A program made the position numbers and the translations under genes. Positions 46,385 through 55,942 of a stretch of DNA of 64,000 nucleotides are shown here, in pieces (within the stretch, counting starts at the first letter, position 1; every line of letters starts with the position of its first letter). Source of the stretch: Bdellovibrionales bacterium (GTDB taxonomy: Bacteria > Bdellovibrionota > Bdellovibrionia > Bdellovibrionales > UBA1609); NCBI GenBank assembly GCA_050246815.1, contig JBFWVI010000008.1, positions 1,973 through 65,972 on the forward strand, read 5' to 3'. The notes beneath the pieces were generated by a model that saw only the letters and a list, made by a program, of their open reading frames with translations, searched no databases and was not told the origin of the DNA.

Positions 46385-46777
46385 AACTTCGCCAGTTCGA
46401 TGGGTGCCATCAAGTCTAATAAATTCACCTGTGTCTTGATCAACATCGATGCTTTCAATTTTCACCGCATCAAACGCTCTGTCGTAAACAATTTGTCCGA
46501 CTTTGATTCCACAATAACTGTTGATCTTTGCCGGCGGATTTAAGCGAATGAATTTACCCTCTGCTTCAGATTCGTAATTGTGACCTCTCCGGATCGGTAC
46601 CGTCCCCTTAAAAAATTCGCCCAATTTGAACGGGATTGAGTAGGGGAGGACAGCTCTTTTAGAGGCGCAAAATCGTCACAGTGATCCCACGGCAGACACT
46701 AAAAGAAGGCCCTAAAACGTTATTATCCAGCATTGCGCGATATCAAATGCGGTACAGTCATTGCACTCAATCGACCC

Positions 46778-48151
46778 ATGTTAAAAGCGACTCTATTGCG
46801 CCTCTCGCTGATGATCCTGGTTATTGGCACAGTCGCCAATTCAGAAGAGACTTCTCCACGTGGGCGTCCCCAATTGACTTTGATTCAAGGCGGGAAGTGC
46901 GATGACATTATTATTGCCAAACCCGCAACTGATCCGCTCGCAATGGCGCTTCAATCTGTCTATCAGGCCTTAAGCATTCCCATTTCGCTGAGCTCTCCAC
47001 ATGCAGAATTAGAGCTCTTTGAAAAAGCGGCAGGTCAACATTCAGGAAATCGCTATTTTTTTCGTGACTCGACGGCCCCAAGCGTAGCTTCACAGTTTTT
47101 CACAAAAAAAATTGGCAATTTTTTTGGCTTTGTCTTGCGCGATTCGCCAGGCGAACTGCCGGAGTTTTCGATCCCAGGTGGCAAAGAGCTCCAGCATGCG
47201 ATTGCTGAATTCAATGCAGCGGCTGTAAAATTGAGAGTTCCCAAAATCGCATTTCGTTTCAAGGAGCTGCTTGTGCCCTTAGTGCCAGGAGCTGTGCCGA
47301 GCCACCTAAGACAGGTTGAGATTGACGTCAAGCTTAAACCGGACCTGACCAACTTCAATTCATTCTTTACTTTTGAAGTGGCTTCGACCCTTCAGTCTTG
47401 GTTTCACACGATGTCGTACATAGCGCCTGCCATGGCAATGCCTCCCGCGGTCCTTGAGTTTTTAGACGAAGTCACGACTTTTAACCTCTCATTTCATCGC
47501 TCAATGGCTTTTGGTTTAGAGATGGCCAAAGACAAACACTCTGTCGATGACATCGAGTACATTCGTAAACAAATTGAGGATTCCGAATCTAACGCTGCGG
47601 CGTATGCGCAGGTTTTTTTGGCACAAGGCCGGGAGTATTTGCATAGTTTTCTGGATTATGAGTCAAAAAACTTCAAGGGTCGATACCGGGCCTCAGGTAA
47701 TTTAATGTGGTATTTTCGGCGCATCTTGCAGCGGTCCCCTTTGGATACTGCGGCCGAGTTCTGGCTCAGAGAAGATTTTTTTCCAGATCACAATTTGGAT
47801 ATACGTAGACATTTTAAATTGGATGAAAAGGGTCGTTTGCGTTTTACCCCTCAGCGGGGGGAATTCCAACCGCATGTTCTACAGCAGATTCGGCAAATGC
47901 TTCGTGTGAGTCGGGGCGTGGTCATGAATCCGTATGTGATTTTTCGCTTCAATGAGTTTCATGATTTTGTGAAACAGTTGACTGACGGAAAAGAGTTGGT
48001 TCGCGCCGAAGCCCACTTGCGGCTGCCCGATTCGGGGCCTGGCTTGCCGCCTGATTTGAAGGGCAAATCCGAAGAAGAAAAATTCGCAGCCCTCATGGTG
48101 GCTCGAATCGACGAGATCGAGCGAGTGATTCGATACATTCGGGATCGGTAA
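46778..48151 (+). CDS. Exported hypothetical protein
   Basis: Long ORF; signal-like MLKATLLRLSLMILVIGTVA from ATG 46778. Confidence 0.65.
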   Translation: MLKATLLRLSLMILVIGTVANSEETSPRGRPQLTLIQGGKCDDIIIAKPATDPLAMALQSVYQALSIPISLSSPHAELELFEKAAGQHSGNRYFFRDSTAPSVASQFFTKKIGNFFGFVLRDSPGELPEFSIPGGKELQHAIAEFNAAAVKLRVPKIAFRFKELLVPLVPGAVPSHLRQVEIDVKLKPDLTNFNSFFTFEVASTLQSWFHTMSYIAPAMAMPPAVLEFLDEVTTFNLSFHRSMAFGLEMAKDKHSVDDIEYIRKQIEDSESNAAAYAQVFLAQGREYLHSFLDYESKNFKGRYRASGNLMWYFRRILQRSPLDTAAEFWLREDFFPDHNLDIRRHFKLDEKGRLRFTPQRGEFQPHVLQQIRQMLRVSRGVVMNPYVIFRFNEFHDFVKQLTDGKELVRAEAHLRLPDSGPGLPPDLKGKSEEEKFAALMVARIDEIERVIRYIRDR

Positions 48152-48354
48152 AGCTCTCCCCGCACTGGACGGGGCATGGTTACTGCAACTAACTGCTTTA
48201 ATTTGCAGGAGAACGATGGAAATCGGGACTCTTCGCTCAGTTTGCGAGGAGCTTCTTCGTTCCGCGCCTTAAGTCGAGTGTTGGGCTAGGTGCGTTGCGG
48301 CCTTGGTCCAAAGACCCTTAAAATAGAAAGTGGACTTAAGGGTGGGAGCTTTTC

Positions 48355-49380
48355 ATGAGCACAGGTTGGATGTTGCAGGTTTTTGTCGACGTGGCACTGT
48401 TTTTGGGTGTGACGGTGGCGTGGTTTCGTTTGAATCGGCCGGCGCAAGATGATCCGCGTTTAAGCCGCGGCCTGCAGCTGTTGCAAAGTAAAATCGCGGT
48501 GCTGGAAGACTTAAGCGACCGCACCGATGCGCAAGTGAAGCAGCTCACCAGCTTGATCGAGCAAAAAGCCCGGCTGCTGCAAAACAAAATCATCGAAGCC
48601 GAACATCAGATCCGCCGCGTGGATCAGGCCATGCACAAAAGCAAAGAAGTGGCCGAAATTTTTCAGGATAAAATTCCCCATCAAGAAATTATCGAACGCC
48701 AAAACACCATCAAGTACGTGAAGGCGGCAAAGCTTGCCCATGCTGGCAAAAGCCTTCAGGAGATAGCGGCCGCCGTGGATTTGCCCATGGTTCAACTTGA
48801 GCTGATCGCCAAACTGAACAAAGACCAATTGGTGTTTGATGCCGAAGCATTGCCGGAGTGGGCGCAAAATCAAATCGTGGCGGACGATGCGGCCAACTTC
48901 ACGGCCGAAGTGTTGGCCGTGCCCAGCGCCGCGCCTGCCAGCAGCGGCGGCGATTTGGCCACTTTATTTGAGCCACCAAAAGAGGAGTACGCCTCTCTGA
49001 AGCGATTGGGTGAAGAGTTTCGCAACGCCTGCGTCGAATTTGATCGCCAACATGAGGGCTCAGAGGCCACCATGACAGAGGCGCCTTTCACCGAAGCCGC
49101 CAATATGCCGAGCACGGCCGAGGACCCTTCTGCCATTTACGAAGGTGCGAAAAAAGTGACGGCGAAAATCGTTGCATCCGCTGGTGAATTTTTGCAGCAA
49201 GTGGAAGCCAAGGCCAAGGACTTCATTGAACCATCAGCGGCAAAGCCTGTGGTGAAAGTCAATCCACCCAGTCTGACCACTCCGCCACTATCGCCGAAGC
49301 CGGCCCCCATTCGCACCGGCACGGTCGAAGTGCGCAAGGTTGAATTCCCACGGGTTAATATTAACCAAAACCTGCGCTAG
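48355..49380 (+). CDS. Membrane-anchored coiled-coil protein (DUF2802-like segment)
   Basis: N-terminal TM, coiled coil, YVKAAKLAHAGKSLQEIA...ELIAKL. Confidence 0.65.
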   Translation: MSTGWMLQVFVDVALFLGVTVAWFRLNRPAQDDPRLSRGLQLLQSKIAVLEDLSDRTDAQVKQLTSLIEQKARLLQNKIIEAEHQIRRVDQAMHKSKEVAEIFQDKIPHQEIIERQNTIKYVKAAKLAHAGKSLQEIAAAVDLPMVQLELIAKLNKDQLVFDAEALPEWAQNQIVADDAANFTAEVLAVPSAAPASSGGDLATLFEPPKEEYASLKRLGEEFRNACVEFDRQHEGSEATMTEAPFTEAANMPSTAEDPSAIYEGAKKVTAKIVASAGEFLQQVEAKAKDFIEPSAAKPVVKVNPPSLTTPPLSPKPAPIRTGTVEVRKVEFPRVNINQNLR

Positions 49381-49391
49381 GTTGAACGAGC

Positions 49392-49625
49392 ATGCAGTTC
49401 CAATTGCCACGTTTGAAGATTGGCCAGCAGGTGCAAGCCGAGGTCAGTGAAGTCTTTGCCAACGGCGATGCCTTGGTCAGCTTTAGCGGTGATTTAGTTC
49501 GGATCACCAATCAAACGACACATCGATTTCAATTGGGCGAAACACTAACCCTAAGAGTGACCGCACTAAAGCCCCTGGCGTTTCAATGGATGGGGCGCAA
49601 GCGTGGCTTGGATGTGTCGATTTAA
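49392..49625 (+). CDS. Small hypothetical protein (OB-fold-like)
   Basis: LKIGQQVQAEV...GETLTLRVTALKPL; operon position. Confidence 0.55.
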   Translation: MQFQLPRLKIGQQVQAEVSEVFANGDALVSFSGDLVRITNQTTHRFQLGETLTLRVTALKPLAFQWMGRKRGLDVSI

Positions 49626-49627
49626 AA

Positions 49628-50128
49628 TTATTTTGTGCTTTCGCGCACAAAGCGCGACACATAATAGCGCACCAAATAGTCCAAATTGATTTGCAATTCG
49701 TTTGAGGTCCAAACCAATTCGCCATAGGCGCCCCAACGGGCTTTTAAGGTGTCCACGGGGCCGACGGCGGGGGTCTCCACCACGGCTTGTCCCGGTACAA
49801 AGTGCGGCGACGTGGCGTTGAAGCTGATCGTGATTAGACCGGGCTGTTTCATGGAGAAAATCAACTTGTAGCCGTTTCGAAACAACATGAAATCAGATTG
49901 GGTTTTTGAAATGCCGTAAATTTTTATGGTGCCGACGGCGGAACCTTTGAGCTGATTGAAGGTGGAGGCGGATTCAATAAAGCCGGTTTTTAAGTCGGCC
50001 AAAAATTCGGTGGTGGCCAGTTCCAGTTCGCGCTCGGCATCAAAACCCGCGCTCATATCGACCATGCCGGTGTCTTCCATCTGTTGTTCAGCTAGGACGA
50101 GATCTTTAATCCAATTTAATTTTTCCAT
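49628..50128 (-). CDS. Hypothetical protein
   Basis: GGGGAG RBS; 166-aa ORF with ordinary globular composition. Confidence 0.75.
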   Translation of the reverse strand: MEKLNWIKDLVLAEQQMEDTGMVDMSAGFDAERELELATTEFLADLKTGFIESASTFNQLKGSAVGTIKIYGISKTQSDFMLFRNGYKLIFSMKQPGLITISFNATSPHFVPGQAVVETPAVGPVDTLKARWGAYGELVWTSNELQINLDYLVRYYVSRFVRESTK

Positions 50129-50226
50129 TAGAACTCCCCCGCCGCCTGCACTTAACGCTGCAGCACAGCATAATCATCATGGGCTGCACCGCAAAAGTCA
50201 ACAGGGTGGCGGGGGGAATATGGTTT

Positions 50227-50586
50227 TTAGGCTACGGATTCGCGGTTCACGCTTTGATTATTGAAAAATGAAACCTTCTTCGCATGGATGCTGAGTTTGG
50301 TTTCTTGAGTGCCGTCTTCACGAACTTGCGAATAGGGCGACAGTTGCCCCTCGACGAAGACCAGCGCGCCTTTGGCGATGCCATCGGTGCAGATTCGGGC
50401 TAATGTTCCCCAGACCATCACCGAATGCCAGTCCGTGCTTTCGGACCATTTCTCTTCTTCTTTTTCTTTCCAGCGGCGGTGGGTGGCGATGCTTAGGCGG
50501 GTGTAGGGTTGCCCGGCCTTGGTGGTCAATAGTTCGGGGGTGTGCCCGACATGACCAAGCAGAAAAACTTTATTGAGACTGCGCAT
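50227..50586 (-). CDS. ssb: Single-stranded DNA-binding protein (short form)
   Basis: LNKVFLLGHVG, TDWHSV and KGALVFVEGQL; AAGGAGG RBS before ATG 50586. Confidence 0.9.
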   Translation of the reverse strand: MRSLNKVFLLGHVGHTPELLTTKAGQPYTRLSIATHRRWKEKEEEKWSESTDWHSVMVWGTLARICTDGIAKGALVFVEGQLSPYSQVREDGTQETKLSIHAKKVSFFNNQSVNRESVA

Positions 50587-50784
50587 AATTTGCCTCCTTG
50601 TGGCGAGTGATTCGAAATTGCAAAAATGGATTCCGCTGCGAGTCGCGAATGTGGCTGAGGTGGCCATCGCATTGGCCGTGATCCGGATTGTGAAACTAAG
50701 GCAGTTTTTAAGTTGTGGATTTGACAAACCCAAAAGGTCACCTAGAATGGGGGATCATTTTTTGACCGCAACCGGGAGTAGCAA

Positions 50785-51294
50785 ATGAAAAAAAACGCTT
50801 TGACCATCTTGGCCGTGACCGCGGCAGTGATTTTGACCTCAGCTTGCGGCAGCAAGAAAAAAAGCGGCGACGGAGTGAATGTCGGCGGCAATCCTGATGC
50901 CGGCATTGCAGCCAAAGAAATGGCCTTTGACGCCGCTGGTAGCGACTCGGGAACGATCGCTGGATTGTCGACCATTTTCTTTGAGTACGATCAGGCCAAC
51001 ATCACCACGGCCGCTCGCCGCCAATTGGCCGCCAACGCCGAATGGATTAAAAACAACACCAATGTGGCCGTGCAAGTCGAAGGACACTGTGACGCTCGTG
51101 GCACCGTTGAATACAACATCGCTTTGGGTGAACGCCGCGCTTTAGCGGTCAAAAATTACCTGATCAGCTTAGGCATTGATGGCAAGCGTTTGTCGGTCAT
51201 TAGCTATGGCAAAGAGCGTCCCATGGTCCAAGGCGACAGCGAAGACGCTTACGGCAAAAATCGTCGCGCCAATTTTGTTCCTGTTCCTAAGTAA
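50785..51294 (+). CDS. pal: Peptidoglycan-associated lipoprotein
   Basis: Lipobox TSAC; EGHCDARGTVEYNIALGERRA, ISYGKERP and NRRA. Confidence 0.95.
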   Translation: MKKNALTILAVTAAVILTSACGSKKKSGDGVNVGGNPDAGIAAKEMAFDAAGSDSGTIAGLSTIFFEYDQANITTAARRQLAANAEWIKNNTNVAVQVEGHCDARGTVEYNIALGERRALAVKNYLISLGIDGKRLSVISYGKERPMVQGDSEDAYGKNRRANFVPVPK

Positions 51295-51306
51295 GGCGGC
51301 TGACGC

Positions 51307-51627
51307 ATGAACCGTCGCATAAGGCGTTGGGGCATGGGTCTGCTGGTGCTTGGGGGGCTTACGGCCTGCGTGGTGGCCCCTTTGCCTGTGGAAGAGTACA
51401 CCTTGGCCCGCGCGGCGGTCACGGCGGCGCGAGATTCAGGCGCCGAACGATTGGCGCCGGGGCTTTGGTACAAGGCCGAAGAAAATTACCGCAAAGGCCA
51501 AAAATTTCTCAAAGACAAAGATAACGAATCCGCCAAGAGCAGCTTTTTGAAGGCGATCGAGTTTTCGGAAAAAGCTGAAAACGCCTCACGGCTGAAAAAA
51601 TATGAATCAGGGGAGTCTGTGCAATGA
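51307..51627 (+). CDS. DUF4398-like lipoprotein
   Basis: Lipobox LTAC; ARAAVTAARDSGAERLAP helical pattern. Confidence 0.7.
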   Translation: MNRRIRRWGMGLLVLGGLTACVVAPLPVEEYTLARAAVTAARDSGAERLAPGLWYKAEENYRKGQKFLKDKDNESAKSSFLKAIEFSEKAENASRLKKYESGESVQ

Positions 51628-52283
51628 AAGCCAATTCGCTTTGGACCATTTTACTGCTGAGTCTTGTTTTGCCGGGTTGTTTGGCCACGCGAGCAGAGCT
51701 GAGAGGTGAGACAGACGCCCGCCGTACTCAAGTCAGCGCGGCTCAGGAGCGACAAGCCGTGCAAAGCACGCGTTTTGACGATTACGACCAGCAGTTTCGC
51801 CAAATGAATGGGCGCATGGATCAGGTTGAAAACCAGCTCACACAAATCAATGCCGGCCACGCCGACAAATCAAACCAAGAGCAAAAGCGCCGTGATGAAA
51901 TTGAAAAACGCCTTCGCGCCTATGAAGAGGCACTCAACAAACTTGAAGCCAAAGTGGCTGAGTTGCGGGAAGAGCTTAAAGCCAGCCAAAAACCGGTCAA
52001 AAAAGAGAGCGTGCCTGCCGGTGGCTTAGGCAGCAGTCTGACCGCGGCCGAAGCGGCTTTTGAACTGAAAGATTGGAAGCTGGCCATTGTCGAATACGAG
52101 AACTACCGCAAAGAAAACCCCAAGGGTAAAAGCTACGTTTTAGCCACTTACCGCATCGGTTTGGCCTTCCAAGAGCTTGGCAAAAAAGAAGAGGCCAAGG
52201 TCTTCTTTGAAGAGGTCGTGGCCAAGTTCCCCCAAAGCAAAGAAGCGAAAAAGGCTAGCCAGAAACTCAAGAGCATGAAATAG
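51624..52283 (+). CDS. cpoB: Tol-Pal associated CpoB/YbgF-like lipoprotein
   Basis: Lipobox LPGC, coiled coil, C-terminal TPRs (VAKFPQSKEA); downstream of pal. Confidence 0.75.
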   Translation: MKANSLWTILLLSLVLPGCLATRAELRGETDARRTQVSAAQERQAVQSTRFDDYDQQFRQMNGRMDQVENQLTQINAGHADKSNQEQKRRDEIEKRLRAYEEALNKLEAKVAELREELKASQKPVKKESVPAGGLGSSLTAAEAAFELKDWKLAIVEYENYRKENPKGKSYVLATYRIGLAFQELGKKEEAKVFFEEVVAKFPQSKEAKKASQKLKSMK

Positions 52284-52289
52284 AGCCTT

Positions 52290-53333
52290 ATGGCTCAAAT
52301 GAACCGCATTTTAGCGATTGAAACCAGCTGCGACGACACGTCCGTGGCCGTTGTCAGCGGTTTGGGGCGGGTTGAAGCCTGTTGTTCGGCCCATCAGGAT
52401 TTGGCCCATGCCCCCTTTGGTGGCGTGGTGCCCGAGATCGCCAGTCGCAACCACACCGAAGCCATTTTACCGCTGGTTGAAACGGCCTTACAAAAAGCGG
52501 ATCGCACCTGGACTGAAATTGAGGGGGTGGCCGTCACCAATCGCCCTGGCCTGCTCGGCTCACTTTTGGTGGGTGTTGTGACCGCAAAAACCTTGGCGCT
52601 GACCAAAAGCCTGCCCTGGATCGCGGTCAATCACATTGAAGGTCATCTGCTGGCGCCTTGGCTTCGTGATGACGATTATGCTCCGCCAGAGGGGTTCGCG
52701 TTTCCGTATTTGGCGCTGGCCATCAGTGGCGGACACACCCATCTTTTTTTGGTGGAGGAGCTAGGGCGCTATCGACTGCTTGGCAAAACCGTCGACGATG
52801 CGGCTGGCGAGGCCTTTGATAAATTTGCCAAAATGATGGGGCTTGGTTACCCGGGGGGCGTGCATGTTGATCGGCAGGCCAAAAGTGGCCGAGTTGATCG
52901 CTTTCAATTTCCGCGCTCGATGCTTAGGGAAGCTCATTTGGATTTTAGTTTTTCAGGTCTTAAAACAGCCGGTCAAAGGGCCCTTGAGGGGTTGTCCGAA
53001 GAGCAATTGAGCGAAGCGATCCCGGACCTGTGCGCCAGTTTTCAAGAGGCCATTGTCGATGTGCTTTTGGCCAAGCTTGAAAAGGCCGGCCAACAGTTTG
53101 GCGTGAAGCGCGTTGTGCTGACGGGTGGGGTCAGCGCCAACTCGCGTTTGCGTGAGCGCGCACAAAGCTTGGCAAATGCGCGTGGCTGGCAGTTGGCCGT
53201 GCCGCCACTTCGCTATTGCACGGACAACGCAGCCATGATCGGCTACGCAGGCCTTTTGCGTTTGCGCCGCGGGGAATATTCGGCGCAAGATTTGGGGCCC
53301 TCGCCGTCGTCATTGCCCACGGATTTTTTATGA
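52290..53333 (+). CDS. tsaD: tRNA t6A transferase subunit
   Basis: IETSCDDT, GGVVPEIASRNH, HIEGH, SGGHT, DDAAGEAFDK and TDNAAMI motifs. Confidence 0.97.
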   Translation: MAQMNRILAIETSCDDTSVAVVSGLGRVEACCSAHQDLAHAPFGGVVPEIASRNHTEAILPLVETALQKADRTWTEIEGVAVTNRPGLLGSLLVGVVTAKTLALTKSLPWIAVNHIEGHLLAPWLRDDDYAPPEGFAFPYLALAISGGHTHLFLVEELGRYRLLGKTVDDAAGEAFDKFAKMMGLGYPGGVHVDRQAKSGRVDRFQFPRSMLREAHLDFSFSGLKTAGQRALEGLSEEQLSEAIPDLCASFQEAIVDVLLAKLEKAGQQFGVKRVVLTGGVSANSRLRERAQSLANARGWQLAVPPLRYCTDNAAMIGYAGLLRLRRGEYSAQDLGPSPSSLPTDFL

Positions 53334-54157
53334 GTGAAAGCCTGCTGTCACGAACCAAAGCGCGCATGCAAGAGCTTGGGCTTCAGCCGCAAAAAGGTTT
53401 GGGGCAAAACTTTTTAATCAGCCGCCATGTGGTCGACAAAATCATTCATGCCGTGGCGGCTCAAAATCCGCGTCAGCTTTTGGAAGTGGGCCCTGGCGTC
53501 GGTTCTTTGACCGAATCGTTGTTAGAAATGAATTTGCCCCTGACAATTATCGAGCTGGATCGGAGTTTGGCCGAATACTGGCGCAAGCGCGGTCAAAACG
53601 TACTCGAAAACGATGCACTGAAGGTCAATTGGGCCCAAGCGGCTCCGGTGGCGCCAACAGTTTTGGTCAGCAATCTGCCTTATCAAATTTCGACCCATCT
53701 GGTGATTGATTTGAGTTTTGGTCCTGCGACCATCCCCAGCATGGTGCTGATGTTTCAAAAAGAGGTGGCCGAACGGTTAATGGCCAGGCCGCGCACCAGC
53801 GCTTATGGGCTTTTGAGCGTGATGTTGCAAAGCCATTGGCAGATGCAACGGGTGCTTGAGGCCGGTCCCGGCGATTTTTGGCCCGCCCCGAAGATTGCAA
53901 GTCAAGTGGTGCAGTTTCAAAGAAAGCCCGCCCCCTTTGCCGGACGCGAAAAGGCCTATTTATCTTATTTAAAAGCCGCTTTCGCCCAGCGCCGCAAGTT
54001 TTTAAGCAAAAATCTACTCGCCCGCCCCCCTAAGCCTGGGCTAAATCAAGAGGCCATTGTGGCGGCCCTTGAAGAGCTTGGTTTGGGTTCTAGGGTGCGC
54101 GCAGAGGAGTTGAGCGTGGAGCAGTTTGAAAAGCTGTTCGAACGGATTGGGCAATAA
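53330..54157 (+). CDS. rsmA: 16S rRNA dimethyltransferase KsgA
   Basis: LGQNFL, EVGPG, SNLPYQIS, QKEVAERL and QRRK; start at ATG 53330. Confidence 0.95.
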   Translation: MSESLLSRTKARMQELGLQPQKGLGQNFLISRHVVDKIIHAVAAQNPRQLLEVGPGVGSLTESLLEMNLPLTIIELDRSLAEYWRKRGQNVLENDALKVNWAQAAPVAPTVLVSNLPYQISTHLVIDLSFGPATIPSMVLMFQKEVAERLMARPRTSAYGLLSVMLQSHWQMQRVLEAGPGDFWPAPKIASQVVQFQRKPAPFAGREKAYLSYLKAAFAQRRKFLSKNLLARPPKPGLNQEAIVAALEELGLGSRVRAEELSVEQFEKLFERIGQ

Positions 54158-54612
54158 TGGGCATTAAGATCATCACCGATAATAAAAAGGCCCGCTTCGA
54201 TTACCACATCGTGGAAACCTACGAGGCCGGCTTGGTGTTGACCGGCAGCGAGGTTAAATCCTTGCGTGAAGGCGACTGCAGTCTCAAGGATAGCTATGTC
54301 GCCTTTGTAGGCGACGAGGCTTATGTTCAAAAAATGCACATCTCGGTTTACAAAGCCTCAAGCTACAACAATCACGAGCCTGAGCGGCGCCGTAAACTTT
54401 TACTGAATCGCCACGAACTGAATAAAATCGAAGCGGCGATCCAAGAGAAGGGCTACACCTGCGTGCCGCTAAAGGCCTACTTCAAAGAAGGCCGTGCAAA
54501 ACTTGAAATTGCGTTGGCCAAGGGCAAGCTTAAGGGGGATAAGCGGGATACGGCTAAGAAACGCGACGCGAATCGCGAGATTCAGCGTTCGTTGCGCCAC
54601 TCAAAGCGCTAA
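54157..54612 (+). CDS. smpB: SsrA-binding protein
   Basis: NKKARFDY, EAGLVLTGSEVKSLR, RKLLL and DKR motifs. Confidence 0.97.
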   Translation: MGIKIITDNKKARFDYHIVETYEAGLVLTGSEVKSLREGDCSLKDSYVAFVGDEAYVQKMHISVYKASSYNNHEPERRRKLLLNRHELNKIEAAIQEKGYTCVPLKAYFKEGRAKLEIALAKGKLKGDKRDTAKKRDANREIQRSLRHSKR

Positions 54613-55222
54613 GCACCGGGTAGGGCAAATCAGCCTTCAGGTTCAATTGCATGCTTTTTTCTTCGATCAGGGTGCGCCAAGCATTGAATGACTCTTTGTC
54701 TTCGGGATCAATTTTCAGTTTTTTAATCATTTCCAAGTCGCGTTTTAAGTTGGTGCGAAAAGACTCATAAAAGTAGTTGTACGAATCCACCATGTCTTGG
54801 AACTCGTCGGTATCACGGATGCGCACGGGGGCAATGTGCCATTGGCCACGGCTTAACCGTCGCAAATGGTTGCGGATCACCTTCAGCGGGCCGACGATTC
54901 GATTGGTCAGCTTAAAACTCAAAATCATAAAAAATGTAGTCAATCCTGAAAAGCCAACGAACAGCAGGCCCGTTACCCAAATTTGCTCGCGTTCTAAATC
55001 ATCCATCAGGGCGGGGGCGAATTGGTGGGCCAAATCGATGAAAATACGATAGTTTTGATTCAAGAACATAATGATCGGCACGAAGGCGAAGATGGCGCCA
55101 AGAGCGGCCGCGACGATCACCACGCCGGCATAGCGGACTTGAAAATCACGGTCGATAAACCGTGAGGCACGTCGCTGGTGCGACGGAAGCTGCATGTATT
55201 CAAAGCCGCGGTGCCACCACAT
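54554..55222 (-). CDS. Two-TM HAMP-like membrane protein
   Basis: RFIDRDFQVRY and LTNRIVGPL...IRDTDEF; start may be the internal ATG at 55195; 3' end overlaps smpB. Confidence 0.75.
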   Translation of the reverse strand: MWWHRGFEYMQLPSHQRRASRFIDRDFQVRYAGVVIVAAALGAIFAFVPIIMFLNQNYRIFIDLAHQFAPALMDDLEREQIWVTGLLFVGFSGLTTFFMILSFKLTNRIVGPLKVIRNHLRRLSRGQWHIAPVRIRDTDEFQDMVDSYNYFYESFRTNLKRDLEMIKKLKIDPEDKESFNAWRTLIEEKSMQLNLKADLPYPVLSALSGATNAESRDSRRVS

Positions 55223-55279
55223 GATCCATTAAGTTTACCCGGTGTTGTGTTTCCCCCAAAGCTTCTCTAAGCTTGTGGT

Positions 55280-55942
55280 ATGAACTCTTTGCTTAAGTCG
55301 GTCGGCAAGATTTTCCTGTTGGTCCAAATAGGCGTTGCGGCCGGCTGCAAGTCCAGCCCCGGCCCAGACGAACCCGCGCCCTCGGTCCAGGTGCGCGAGC
55401 AGCTCGAGACTGAGATTTCGTTGAAGGCAGACCGCGAGAGCCTGGCCGAGTTGCGTAAAGAAGTTCCCGAGCAAAAACGCCAAGCCAATGACGAGCTGGC
55501 TTTGGTGCTGCAACTGATGGGTGAAGTGAAGTTGAACCCGTCTGAGGTGCAGAGCCGCTATCAGCGGGCCATGCAAAAGCGCCGCGCCGAATTCCGCGAC
55601 AAAGTCCGTCAATTGCGCGAGACCTATCGCCGTGAAGAAGCCAAGCGCAAAGCCCATTTTTTAGATCAACAAAAACAATCACGTGAAGATTTTAAAAGCC
55701 AGAGCGCCAAACGTGAGCAGGTTCGTGAATTTTATTCGGGCCAGGATCGCGAGCGCCAGCACTTCTTTGCGGGCGAGCGCGACCGTCGCAAGGACTTCGA
55801 AAGCGAAATCGACACACAAAGTAAGGATTTCGATTCCTACATGCGCGAAAAGCAAAAAGAATTTTTAGAGCAGCATAGACTCTATTCAAAACGCTTTCGC
55901 GAAGCGCCGACCACCTTGGCCCCGCAGGGAACCGGTCAATAA
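55280..55942 (+). CDS. Coiled-coil lipoprotein
   Basis: Lipobox AAGC followed by highly charged helices. Confidence 0.7.
   Translation: MNSLLKSVGKIFLLVQIGVAAGCKSSPGPDEPAPSVQVREQLETEISLKADRESLAELRKEVPEQKRQANDELALVLQLMGEVKLNPSEVQSRYQRAMQKRRAEFRDKVRQLRETYRREEAKRKAHFLDQQKQSREDFKSQSAKREQVREFYSGQDRERQHFFAGERDRRKDFESEIDTQSKDFDSYMREKQKEFLEQHRLYSKRFREAPTTLAPQGTGQ

Noticed and set aside
46376-46624. 82-aa minus-strand ORF
   Set aside because: TTG start, no convincing RBS and no recognised domain; not called as a gene
50590-50700. Structured RNA between ssb and pal
   Set aside because: Only short imperfect stems and no second copy or known motif
54157-54612. tmRNA gene near smpB
   Set aside because: No intergenic space or tRNA-like ends nearby
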